DNA of 63,037 nt, the filler included, from Octopus bimaculoides (lineage: Eukaryota), in NCBI RefSeq assembly GCF_001194135.2. It is 7 parts of 5 records of this genome, joined end to end, with 100 filler letters (N's around TTAATTAATTAA, not from the genome) between each part and the next. Parts side by side here need not be neighbours in the genome. Positions count along the whole stretch, not along the records: positions 1 to 14,722 come from NC_068982.1; positions 14,823 to 38,174 come from NC_068987.1; 5 more parts are not named here. One strand, written 5' to 3'. Below the pieces are notes generated by a model that worked only from the letters and a program-made list of their open reading frames with translations, was not told where the DNA came from and did not search any database. The position numbers and the translations under genes were made by a program. Positions 13,820-25,185 of the stretch are shown piece after piece. Every line of letters starts with the position of its first letter. The first letter of the stretch is position 1.

Positions 13820-14269
13820 CATATATGTAATGTATGTAATATATGTATGTATGTATGTATGTATGTATATATGTAAATGCTGTTAAAAGTCAGATTGAAT
13901 CTTGCTTGCTTACAATGTTACTCAGCTAAACTGGCGCATAATGAGAAAATGTTCTGAAAATAATCTTCATCTAGAAAAGGAAGAAACTCTTATCTTATAT
14001 TAGACACTGAGCTGACAGCGAAAAAATACCATTTTTTTTTACTGTAAATGCTTCTATTGTCGCTTTTGTTAAACACAATATTTTAATCATTTAGAAATAT
14101 GTTTATGTGGAGATGATTTCAAAAATGTAAGTTGTTTGTACAGTAAGTATTTATATCTTAGCTTTCTTCAAACAGACAATATTTTAATGTTCTTTTGTTT
14201 TTTTTTCAAGTGAATACTAATACAAAATTTTTTTGTGGCATATCAAAAACATATTCTGAAGTAAAAATG

Positions 14270-14624
14270 ACTTTAAGAATACAGTAAATATTTCGTAAAC
14301 GACCCGTTTGTAACCTTTATCGAGTGCATTCCACGTATCTCACCGCGAAAGATCTCGCTGCAATTTCTTGCACGCCCTGCTACTACGTAAAAGCTATTCG
14401 TGATAAAGGAACCGAAATACCTGTTACGTGGTAACAGGGTGTGCAAGAGATAGCGGCCAAATCTTTCCTTTCCTGGAGAAAGGGGCCGTTTACACGTGTT
14501 TTCGTTATCACATTCGTTGAAAGTATATGAAATAACCTGGAAAAGAAAAACAGCCACGAAACAAAACTCCATTACTGGAAAACACAGAGTTTCCTGGTGA
14601 CCCAACGGGTCATGGGTAGTCTAG
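14270..14624 (+). mobile_element. Non-autonomous Helitron-like 3' end (5' boundary uncertain)
   Basis: GC hairpin TGACCC-AAC-GGGTCA (14598-14612), then CTAG 8 nt later (14621-14624) followed by T. The upstream segment is CpG-richer than its flanks. Confidence 0.65.
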
Positions 14625-14766
14625 TGTGTGTGTATATATATATATATATATATTCATATATGTATATATACATATATGTATAAGCATATATATGTATATA
14701 TATACGTATATATATGTATATANNNNNNNNNNNNNNNNNNNNNNNNNNNNNNNNNNNNNNNNNNNN

Positions 14767-14778
14767 TTAATTAATTAA
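14767..14778. other. Probable assembly join spacer TTAATTAATTAA within an N run (also 38219-38230, 49572-49583, 54374-54385, 58211-58222, 60996-61007)
   Basis: An identical 12-mer with stops in all six frames is centred in about 100-nt gaps, six times. Confidence 0.9.
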
Positions 14779-15121
14779 NNNNNNNNNNNNNNNNNNNNNN
14801 NNNNNNNNNNNNNNNNNNNNNNGTATGCAACTACATTTATTTTGTTAAATGTATAATAAATTTAATGAACATATACTTAATAAACATATGTTTAATCTCA
14901 CAGTGACAACTGTATCTGTGGACTACTCACAGGAATTTTGGCAGCTGAAAATGAAGTTTATCCCGCTAGTTTTAGCCTTTTTTGAGAATCATTGGGGATT
15001 GCCTAACTGACCTTCCAAAAGGTGAATTTAGGATCAAAGTAGTTTTTAATGAAAAATTCAAGTAAACGCAAGCAAATTATTACTGGTGTAAAAAATATAT
15101 ATGAAAACGTGTATAACATAT

Positions 15122-15171
<50 letters not shown>

Positions 15172-15361
15172 CATCTAAGAATCTATAAGTCAGAAAAATA
15201 TGCAGTTATATATTTGTCAATAGAGTGGGTATATTAATCAAAATATACAGTTTATATATCTATTAAGGCCAGTTTTACCAATCTGTTTATTCTAGGTGTG
15301 TTAAGCACCATCTCTGATATATCCATAATAGACATATTATACTGTACACTTCCATTAATAT

Positions 15362-15402
<41 letters not shown>

Positions 15403-15857
15403 AAATTATAGAGATACAATAGACAATTCCGTAATTTATTTATAAATTTTACATACCCCTTTGAAGGAATTATTTTCCTTACTTTTTTAATATATATAAA
15501 TATATATATAATATATGGAGTTCCTGAAGAGCCATAGCCAAAACAAAATATATTCTATCAGATTAACAAATGTGTGTGCGTCTGCCAATTTGACAAAATG
15601 CTTTGGTCATGTAATTTACATTATGTAACCTTATATTTACCTTATGTTAATAAGAGGTACAAAAGATGATGTAACTAATTATCTTATAAACAATCTCTCA
15701 TATTTTGTTTTGTTTTTTTGCTTATACTCTGTGTAACATTCAGACTCAGGTTTCATAACAAAGGATGCAACACAATTACAATACATAAACAGAAATACAC
15801 ATGGAGTTCTGAAAATTGGTTGTCATGCAGTTTGAGGTTATATATTTATATATATTA

Positions 15858-16068
15858 TTCTTTTATTTGTTTCAGTCATTTGACTGCAGTCATGCTGGAG
15901 CACCACCTTTAGTTGAACAGACCGCCCCCAGGATCTATTCTTTGTAAGCTTTGTACTTATTTTATCGGTCTCTTTTGCTAAACCACTAAGTTACGGGGAT
16001 GTAAACACACCAACATCGGTTGTCAAGTGATGGTGGGGGACAAATATAGACACAAATAACAAACTCAC

Positions 16069-16099
<31 letters not shown>

Positions 16100-16620
16100 N
16101 NNNNNNNNNNNNNNNNNNNNNNNNNNNNNNNNNNNNNNNNNNNNNNNNNNNNNNNNNNNNNNNNNNNNNNNNNNNNNNNNNNNNNNNNNNNNNNNNNNNN
16201 NNNNNNNNNGGGTGGCACATAAAAGACACCATTTCGAGCGTGGCCGTTTTCGTGCGGGTGACACATAAAAGCACCCACTACACTCTCTGAGTGGTTGGCG
16301 TTAGGAAGGGCATCCAGCTGTAGAAACTCTGCCAAATCAGACTGGAGCCTGGTGTTGCCATCCGGTTTCACCAGTCCTCAGTCAAATCGTCCAACCCATG
16401 TTAGCATGGAAAGCGGACGTTAAACGATGATGATGATGATGATGATGATATGTATACGACAGGTTTCTTTCAGTTTCCGTCTACCAAATCCACTCACAAG
16501 GCTTTAGTTGGCCCAAAGTCATAGTAGAAGACACTTGCCCAATGTGTCATGCAGTGAGACTGAACCTGGAACCATGTGGTTGGGAAGCAAGCTTCTTACC
16601 ACACAGTCACTCCTGTGCCT
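15858..16620 (-). mobile_element. tRNA-derived SINE (head 16460-16620, internal microsatellite/gap, tail A 15858-16060) interrupted by an RTE 3' tail
   Basis: Head is the reverse complement of ggcacaggagtgactgtgtggtaagaagcttgcttcccaaccacatggttccaggttcagtc. Head and tail are in the same orientation. Confidence 0.75.
16210..16450 (+). mobile_element. RTE-family 3' UTR with (GAT)n tail
   Basis: ggtggcacataaaagcacccactacactctc...aggaagggcatccagctg...gttaaacgatgatgat, the same as 18980-19187. Confidence 0.85.
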
Positions 16621-16639
16621 ATAATATATATATATATTC

Positions 16640-16757
16640 TTAAACAAGAATATTATTGACAGCGACTTCGAAGTTTTAGTTGGTTAAGCCATCATCCGGC
16701 AATGATGGCTTAACCAACCAAAACTTCGAAATCACTGCCAATAATATTCTTGTTTAA
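16640..16757. repeat. About 118-bp near-perfect palindrome bounded by TTAA
   Basis: 56-bp arms ttaaacaagaatattattgacagcgacttcgaagttttagttggttaagccatcat / atgatggcttaacc...tattcttgtttaa, with loop ccggca. Confidence 0.9.
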
Positions 16758-16976
16758 TCCTTTAACATTCAAGCTACTCTGTCAAAGCAATGCTTATTGA
16801 CTCACATTGTTTTGAATTAATCATGTATTATCTTGTAGCTTTGAGATTTCAATGATGTGATTGTATACTTTTAGAATGACATTCTAGGGTAGATTTGAAA
16901 GGCCAGACCTGGCCGGTTTGAACATAAAACAAGTAAGATATTTTGACTGGATATGACCAGTTTGAATGCTAAAGGG
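16758..16976 (+). mobile_element. piggyBac-like MITE (family 1)
   Basis: TTAA-tcctttaacattc...gaatgctaaaggg-TTAA. A second copy is at 22671-22880. Confidence 0.8.
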
Positions 16977-17159
16977 TTAAGAATAATAAATTTGCACTCT
17001 ACAAAACTATAAAGTAATCCATCAAATTAATGTAAAATTGGTTTTATTACAGCTGAATATAAAAACTATCATATATATATATATAAATATATAAATATAT
17101 AAATATATATATATATAAATATATAATTATTGTCACATATCATATGTCTGCAGGGCATT

Positions 17160-18052
17160 GATGACACATCAACAAAAGTCTTTCTGATTAAGTTCAAGTT
17201 CTCCTGCTGCTTTGCCACTCTTGTCCAGCCAGCTCATGATATTGTCCACCCATTGCATTCTTTGCTTGTCCTCTTGATCTACTATCCTCAACTCTCTCTT
17301 CCATGATAATGTTTTCCAAACCCCTGCTTCTTCGAATATGGTCATAATAGATGAGTTTTTGTTTTTCCACAATGTTCAGAAGTCGTCTTTCACCTTTATG
17401 TTGTAACACCCATTCATTTGTCTGATGATCCTTGTATGAGACTTGTATAACATTCTCCTATCCTCCCACATTTCAAATGCATTGATTATAATCTCTTCAA
17501 ATTTGTTCAGAGTCTGTGTTCCACAACCATAAACACCTATTGGCCAAATGAAAACTTGCACTAGCCTTGTTTTTAAATTAACCCGGGTACTTTTTCTGGT
17601 TCAAATGTTACTAAGCTTTTCCATGGCTGTTCTTGCCATGGCTAGCTGTGTTCTAGTTTCTTTCTTACATGTTGCTTCATCAGAGATATGGGCTCCAGGG
17701 TATTTGTACTATTCAGCCTGTTTGAGCTTCTCACTGCCAAGTTTGATGTTACCATTTACTTTCTCTTCTCCAATAACCATGACATTTATTTTCTCATGGC
17801 TGAGATAACGACCATGAGTGTTTGATACTTTCTTGATTCTCTTTATTATTCTTGGCAAGTGGAGCAGTATCCTCTGCATACCTTTGGTTAGAAATATGTA
17901 AGTCACATATTCTTGATGCCATCCTCTTGCATTGTTTCTAGCATTATCCACTCAGTGTAGATGTTGAACAAATCAAAAGCCTTTCTGTAGTCAATGTAGC
18001 AAAGGAAAGTTGTAAGGTTGTGTGTTCTTGTTTTTTTCTGTATATCTTTCAG
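17160..18052 (-). mobile_element. RTE-clade LINE RT remnant with internal deletion
   Basis: Minus frames give LCYIDYRKAFD, ISNQRYAEDT (YADD-like), LVQVFIWPIGVYGC, NAFEMWEDRRML and MQWVDNIMSW. Confidence 0.85.
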
Positions 18053-18409
18053 AAAGATTTATAGACCAATGCTTTAGTGCTGCTTGTAAATTCATAGCCC
18101 CTATACCTGAAAAACAGCCAAATTTCTACCTAAAGTTATATGACCTCTAAACTTGTAGTATTATTGCTATTTAATTTATTGATAGTGAAGAGCTCTCTGT
18201 GAGATTGATTCCAGCTGATGTCAGCTTTGCCCTTCATCCTTTTGGGGTGCTTCAAATATAGCATATAGCTTTGTACCAAGAAAACCAGCCTAGTACTTTT
18301 TTGGTTATTATCTCACATCTAAGCAGGAACTATATATAAGGAGGAGGTAGATAAAACAGAAACTATACAATGTGTAGAGTGAACAAAACAAAACAGGAAT
18401 TATGCATCA

Positions 18410-19187
18410 TAATCAATGACTAGTGACCAAGACCTTTGGAAATATGCTGTCCGTGAGAAGACCCGGCAAGACAAGTGAAACCGTAACCCGTGGCCTTTAC
18501 CAGGGGTGTAGCCAGCCCACTTATGCGTACCTTTCCTTCTTTGGACACTAAACTCTGTTTGCGAAGACCTGTTGAGGCAAGTAAAATTGAAATCAAACCA
18601 AATTCGACGACTGGCACCCATGCCAACCTTCCTTCATTGGATGCTAAACTCTGCTTGCAAAGACCTGTTGGGGCAAGTGAAATTGAAATTGAACCAAATT
18701 CGATGACTGGCACCAGTGCCAGTGGAGTGTTAACAGCATCATCTGAACGAGATCATTGCCAGAGCAGCTGTCTGGCTTCAGTGCCAGTGGCACATAAAAA
18801 GTACCATTTGAGTGTGATTGTTACCAGTGTCGTCTTACTGGCACTTGTGCCGGTGGCACATGAACAAAACATTCAAGCGGGGTCATTGCCAGTGCCGCTG
18901 GACTGACTCCTGTGCAGGTGGCACATAAGAAACACCATTCGAGCATGGCTGTTGCCAGTACCGCCTGACTGGCCCTCATGCTGGTGGCACATAAAAGCAC
19001 CCACTACACTCTCAGAGTGGTTGGCATTAGGAAGGGCATCCAGCTGACGTTAGGAAGGGTATCCAGCTAGCCATGGAGATCAGATTGGAGCCTGGTACAG
19101 TCATCTGGTTCGCCAGTCCTCAGTCAAATCGTTCAACCCATGCTAGCATGGAAAGTGGATGTTAAATGATGATGATGATGATGATGA
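18410..19187 (+). mobile_element. RTE-family 3' end: ORF terminus, long 3' UTR and (GAT)n tail
   Basis: MTSDQDLWKYAVREKTRQDK*, then a UTR with repeated gtggcacataa units ending ...gttaaatgatgatgat. Confidence 0.8.
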
Positions 19188-19297
19188 ATCACCACTGATT
19201 GCTAGATATATTTACTTTTAGAATAAATGTGTGTGTGTGTGTGTGTGTGTGCAAACTTTCCATGGAAGTCAGTTGTGTGCAAGAGCTAACTACCTAC

Positions 19298-19553
19298 CTG
19301 TGGTCTATGTATGTAAACTTGCCATCAATACTATGTCGAGAGACATACTCTGTGGGCCGCATGTGAATTGCACCGCTTTCAGGTAGATTGTATGGACTAA
19401 ATGCTGGCAATGTCCGACCAACGGCCACCAAACAGCTTAAGTTACACAGTTCGTTGTCATTTTCCACTTCATCCTCACCTCCAATGTCCATTCGTGTTGG
19501 TGGCCAGGATTTCAAGTACCCTGTACAGTGAATTATGCAGAAGTTTTTTCTGT
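19298..19553 (-). CDS. ARNTL: BMAL1/CYCLE-type gene, internal exon (linker to PAS-B start), 256 nt, phase 1-2
   Basis: Acceptor ...ttttttaaatttttacag, donor CAC AG|GTAGGT. Translates (D)RKNFCIIHCTGYLKSWPPTRMDIGGEDEVENDNELCNLSCLVAVGRTLPAFSPYNLPESGAIHMRPTEYVSRHSIDGKFTYIDH(R), matching BMAL1 TGYLKSWPP...CNLSCLVAIGR...EYVSRHAIDGKFVFVDQR. Confidence 0.96.
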
Positions 19554-19643
19554 CTGTAAAAATTTAAAAAAGCAAAAAAGAAATATATATATATATATAT
19601 ACAACCAAAAAGAAACAAATGTTGATTGAAGAAATATGGTAAC

Positions 19644-19817
19644 AAAAGGGTTGAAGTGATCTAAATTAAAACTTTCCATCAAAATTTCCCGTTAATTTAT
19701 GCTCCAAAAACCAGCTTAATTATTGAAAAATTGTTTTACTAAATTCTTCATTATTTTCAAAATTAATGGCAGCAAAGACTGCATATTTCAACAGAAATAT
19801 GATAATAAAAGGGTTAA
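19644..19817 (-). mobile_element. piggyBac-like MITE fragment (family 2)
   Basis: Reverse complement of the element at 33162-33702. Ends aaaggg-TTAA. Confidence 0.7.
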
Positions 19818-20671
19818 AGACGGATGTTCTTCTTAAGTATGTTTTAGAGGGAGAGAGAAACAAAAAGAGAGAGGGGAAGAAAGAGAGAGAGAGAGTGAGA
19901 GATAGTGAGAGAGTGGTGATTCTTCTGGTTAAAGTACTAGTTCTCTTGTATCCACATTTCCATGGCTCTTATAATTTTACTGCCATCCATATTTGCTCAT
20001 TGTTCAAAATGAGCTTTAGTTTTCATGTATATGATTGGCCAATTTATGATGTGACTATCAATGAATTCAACTTCCTCTTAATATCACATGAATATCAATC
20101 AATCAAATCAATCAATCAATCAATCAATCACAGCCTCCTGTTAGTATTGCATGATTAGTTAAACTGTGTCACTGCCTATATTGGTACTCTCATTAGATTT
20201 ATAAAAGGCTGTGAAATCTACTATAGTCATTTAGCCAGTTTTAAAAAGATTAAGTTCTTCAACTGTATTTTTTGTCGCTAGGTAACACAAGTATGTGTGT
20301 GGGTGGGGAGGGAGGAAATTACTCCTCAACAAAAATATTGGAGCCTATCAGAAGAGTATCAATAGAAGACCTCACTTTGCATATACAAAGTGAAAGAGTC
20401 TCTTGATTGGCTAATGTGTGTGTGTATGTCTACGTCTATATATATATATATATATATATATNNNNNNNNNNNNNNNNNNNNNNNNNNNNNNNNNNNNNNN
20501 NNNNNNNNNNNNNNNNNNNNNNNNNNNNNNNNNNNNNNNNNNNNNNNNNNNNNNNNNNNNNNNNNNNNNNNNNNNNNNNNNNNNNNNNNNNNNNNNNNNN
20601 NNNNNNNNNNNNNNNNNNNNNNNNNNNNNNNNNNNNNNNNNNNNNNNNNNNNNNNNNNNNNNNNNNNNNNN

Positions 20672-20720
<49 letters not shown>

Positions 20721-21059
20721 CACACACACATGTATATACATATATATATATATACATTATATACATATATATATGAATATATATGTATATATATATTCAT
20801 GTGTATATATATATATGTATACACACACACATGCACACACAGAAACATACATACATCATCATCAACATCAACATAGTTATATATATAAATCAATGTCATG
20901 ATCACGTAATGGAAAATGGATATTCACTGATGGTGATGATATTCATCTACTGATCTATCTATCTTGATGATGATGTATGTATTCAAATGTATATATATTT
21001 TTTCATATATGTATACATATATAGATATTATAAATAGATAAAAATATGTGCACGTTTAC

Positions 21060-21236
21060 CTGATTTTCGTTTTTTATGGGAATGCTCAGCTTCAACATCT
21101 TTTTCTACCTTGACAGCGCTGGGAACAACATCTGCAGATTTATTGACACATTTCATCCGACAGAAGAATGAGCGTCTGGCACCAGAGCAGAGTTGAGTGG
21201 GTTTCTGAGGTAGTTCTGTTCTCACTGGAAGCATGG
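21060..21236 (-). CDS. ARNTL: BMAL1/CYCLE-type gene, internal exon (PAS-A end and linker), 177 nt, phase 1-1
   Basis: Acceptor ...ttctgttgtgattacag, donor TCAG|GTAAAC. Translates (T)MLPVRTELPQKPTQLCSGARRSFFCRMKCVNKSADVVPSAVKVEKDVEAEHSHKKRKS(D). LCSGARRSFFCRMKC is the BMAL1-type motif, and phases match both neighbours. Confidence 0.95.
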
Positions 21237-21671
21237 CTGTAATCACAACAGAAGATATATTAACATAGCAGAAGAATAAACCCTTCTTTACGAGATATAA
21301 AGAAGAAGGTTTTTTTTTACCTTTTTGTGTTAAGTATGTGGAAGGGTTGAAAATTAATAACATTGTTAATGTCACTGACAACAAACATATATAAAGCAAT
21401 ATGTATGTTAGTCTAAACAAATACTACCTCCTAATATTATCAATGCTATATGAAGAAACTTGGTCAGACTTAAAGTACTTTCGTCCTAAAATGGTTCTTA
21501 AGTGACTGTTATGTAACTTCAGTGCTAAAGTACTTTCTATGACACCAGAAAGTAGCTGGAAGCCTGTAATATTTTCCTTAAGAAACATATTTCTACTGAA
21601 AAGGATTAAGTAACCTTTATAGTTTAATGTTAAATTATTTTTATTTATAACTTAGCATAAAACAAATATTA

Positions 21672-21699
<28 letters not shown>

Positions 21700-21712
<13 letters not shown>

Positions 21713-21932
21713 CCTTTGTCTTGACATCATGTGATGGTTATAAATGAGCATCACTGTCACACAAGCAAAATTGTCATTTCCAGCCTTCCATGAAAAACAT
21801 GTCTGGCCAAGGGGAAATATTTTATTATCTTGCTTGGAAACTGGCATCCAGTTGGAGAAAATCTGCCTCAACAAATTCTATCTAGCCCATGTAAGCATGG
21901 AAGAGTAAACATTAAATGATGATGATGATGTA
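21700..21932 (+). mobile_element. SINE 3' tail (type B, RTE-like end)
   Basis: ...gcatccagttggagaaaatctgcctc...gcatggaagagtaaacattaaatgatgatgat. Homologous to 32040-32240 and 37640-37870. Confidence 0.7.
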
Positions 21933-22124
21933 ATTAGCAGATAATTACGCTGATTACTTGCGGAATTTACCATTTATGAATTTCAGATAACAGATCAACA
22001 CATTGGTTTGTATTTCTGACTCATTGCATATACACCCTCGCAGTAGGTGAATGTAAATATTTATAGATTGATGGAGCTGGTGGAGGAAAGAAGATCTTTC
22101 CAAAGAAAATGTGATTCTACTTAC

Positions 22125-22242
22125 TTTTTGCATCAATGTACCGTTCTCTTGGCGTTAGATCTGAAGAGCTAAGTTGTTCTTTGATTTTGCCAATGTCTCG
22201 TGGATGAAGAATATCAAACAAACTTTGGCCAATTAAATCGGA
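22125..22242 (-). CDS. ARNTL: BMAL1/CYCLE-type gene, internal exon (PAS-A), 118 nt, phase 0-1
   Basis: Acceptor ...tttctatcttcag, donor AAA A|GTAAGT. Translates [39 protein letters not shown](T), matching BMAL1 [40 protein letters not shown]. Confidence 0.96.
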
Positions 22243-22670
22243 CTGAAGATAGAAATAACATAAGAGATTTAAAAACAAAACACAAAAGAATGGTTGAAGC
22301 TACTGTGATGATCTATAGTAATCAAAGATATTATTTCTTGCCAACATAATCAAAATTATGTGTGATGTGAAGGAATTGGTTGACAAATTATTTTTTCTTT
22401 TTGTTTTTCATTAGTTTAACAATCAAAGTTGTTTTCTTTTCAAAACTGTCTTTGATAATTTTGTTTGTTTGGAACTCACTATTTTACTGTTCAGCTTCTT
22501 CATAGCTCAACGCAAACTAAAATTACTAACAACGTTTCTAGGGGAATAAATCACAGAGATGATTAGTAAATATGTCTACCACCAGGAACCAAAATAAGAA
22601 CTTTAGGATTTCTTTGGTTACACTCTATTCCCTTTTATGCTTTTCATAATATATGAAGAACAAAAATTAA

Positions 22671-22880
22671 CCCTTTGGCATTCAAATTATTCTGTTAAGC
22701 AAAATGCTTATTTTTTTATGTTGTTTTGATTTAATCATGCATTATCTCACTGCTTCTAGATTTTTATAATGTGATAATATATTTTTAGGAGGATATTTTA
22801 TAGTAGGTATGAGAGGTCAGTTTGAACATAAAACATGTAGACTATTTGGACCTGATATGGCTGGTTTAAATACTAAAGGG
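22671..22880 (+). mobile_element. piggyBac-like MITE (family 1)
   Basis: TTAA-ccctttggcattc...aatactaaaggg. Body is homologous to 16758-16976. Confidence 0.8.
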
Positions 22881-23039
22881 TTGGAAATGAGTGTTTTATA
22901 AAACAAAGTGTTTATGAGTTCAAGTTTTTGTTTTTTAATTAAAAAAATTTCTATTCATGGATTTCATTGTCACAAGTAATGTGGTAAATGATATTATTTA
23001 TTTGATTTGATTTTTTCACTCTTCCTAATTAGTGGTATC

Positions 23040-24470
23040 AATGTTTTAGCATACTATGTGGGGACCAGCATACCAAAGAACAGACCCAGTGTCTCCTCTG
23101 TGTGGTAGGAGGTTGAAGTAGGATCTGCATTCCAACCTCACAAACCCTCACCAGCAACAATCTCTTGTACAAATGCCAAAAATTCTCTCCTCCAGGGAAG
23201 TACCCCATCAATCTATAAAGCATGTTGCATGAAGTGACTGGGGCAAATCTGTCAAGACCCTCTCTGCTAAACAGAGAAAACTCTGGAGAACTGGAGGGTT
23301 GTTGTCTGAGTTGTACAAAGGTGTCCTCTGTTGGGAATGGAAACCACAGTTCAACTTGAGGAGACTTTTTCAGATGGGGACCTGAAATGTTCTCGCTCTG
23401 ATGGATGATTCCTGTTAGCCTCTAATGTCTTTGGAACTCAACTGTTTGCGAGTTGCTGTGGTGGCCCTATCAGAGGTGCATCAGCCAGGGAGAGGTGACA
23501 TTGCAACCAGTGGTTACACCTACTACTGGTCTGAGTGCTCTGATGGTTGGCATGTTAGTGGGGTTGCAGTTGCAGTGGCAGACTGGCTGGTTCCAATGGT
23601 ATTAGATATAACACCTGTCAATGAGTGTATTATGTGGTGGAGGATTCAACATTTTTCTGGGTGTTGTTTCTCTTTTTGCAGTGTATGTTCCAACTGCTAT
23701 GAGTAACAGGTCAGTGAGGGAGACAGTCTACACCCAGCTGTGCTATGTCGTGGAGAGTATTTCCAGTAGGGACACGTATCTCCTTGGTCATGGGAGATTT
23801 CAGTCCTTCAACTAGAATTGGCAGAATGGGATGCAAGAGTGTTGTCAGCCTTTTTTGATCTGGTACTTGGAACTATAGTGTTGTGATGCTCCTGGACTTT
23901 GCCTAAAGCTATGGACTTCACATTGTTGGCTCCTGGTACCAACGTTCTGAGCTGACTTGGTATTTTAATACTGGCCATGTGACAAAGGAGATTGACTATG
24001 TACATGTAGATGGCCACTGGAAATTCCTACAGAACTGCAGGCTTTTCAGAGAGCTAGTTTCTTAGGCACTGACCATAGACTTGTTGCAGCTGAGTTATGA
24101 TTACAGGCAAAATCTAAGAGGTTGAAAGCAGTCAATCACAGACTGGATGTTGACAGGCTCAAAGTTAACAGTGTAAGCAAGACTTATTCTCAGCAACTTG
24201 GATCTGTGCAACCTGAGGTTGAGTCCCTGTCTCATCCTAAGGGAATGTGGGAAACATATAGGGACACCCTATTATTGATTGCTAGGGAATGTATTGGTTT
24301 CCAAAAATAGGTCAGGGAACATTTCCTTTCCAGGAAGACTGTTCAATGTCTGCATGGATTGGATACTTGACCAAATGGAGGCTCAGTTGAGTTGTGGTGC
24401 ATTCATTGGTGAAACTTGGATTACAGACCTAAATTTTGCTGATGATGCAGTTATCTTTGCAGTTATTCTT
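23040..24470 (+). mobile_element. RTE-clade LINE remnant (APE endonuclease plus short RT piece)
   Basis: Frames give LRVAVVALSEV..PGRG..ATSGYTYYWS, VSLFAVYVPT, VMGDF, TKEIDYVHVD and LFNVCMDWIL...ITDLNFADDAVIF. Multiple frameshifts. Confidence 0.88.
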
Positions 24471-24670
24471 GCTTTTATCTGTTTGTCCTCCCCACATTTG
24501 ATAAACTGATAATGATGATTATGATAACAATAATGATGGTGGTGAAGGTGGTGATGATAATGATGTGGATTACAGTAAGGAAATAGTTATTGACAATATT
24601 AGCAATAATTTGACACTATGAATATGCTATTTGAGAGAGGGAGAGAGAGGGAGGGAAGAGAGAAATGTAT

Positions 24671-24743
<73 letters not shown>

Positions 24744-24803
24744 GAGAGAAGAAAAGAATGTGAGAAAATAAAATGGTGCAAATTGGAAATAAAGAAGCCA
24801 TAC

Positions 24804-24896
24804 CTGTGAAAAGTTTAACGTTCTCTTTACAGACTGTGAGACATATAGTATTTTGCCTCTATCACAGCTTACAACAAACAGGAATCCATCAGCAGC
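24804..24896 (-). CDS. ARNTL: BMAL1/CYCLE-type bHLH-PAS gene, internal exon (start of PAS-A), 93 nt, phase 0-0
   Basis: Acceptor ...tttcatcaatag, donor CAG|GTATGG. Translates [31 protein letters not shown], matching recalled BMAL1 [31 protein letters not shown]. Confidence 0.95.
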
Positions 24897-25185
24897 CTAT
24901 TGATGAAACAAGAGAGAGGTGAAGATGAGTAAAATTAGAGAGAGAGAGAGCAGAGGTCAGAGAGATTTTAACTAAAATTTATATGGTAACACAACATGGG
25001 AAATATGAAAACTGTATTATTTAATAGGCTAAATAGTTTGTTGTTATTATTGTAGAATTGTTTCTAGCTAAGTATGATATTCACCCAAAAGTGGATGTCT
25101 GTATACAATAAGTTGAATTATGGGATGGATGTCCAGGTCCAAAGATAAGGTTGACCAGTGCAATTGAAATATTCTGGTTCTGTAT

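Noticed and set aside
14767-14778. TTAATTAATTAA as a biological motif
   Set aside because: It occurs only centred in uniform N runs, so it is most likely an assembly spacer.
19298-24896. Assignment to ARNT/Tango
   Set aside because: ARNT has GSRRSFICRMRC and GYIKAWPP, while this sequence has GARRSFFCRMKC and GYLKSWPP (BMAL1 type).
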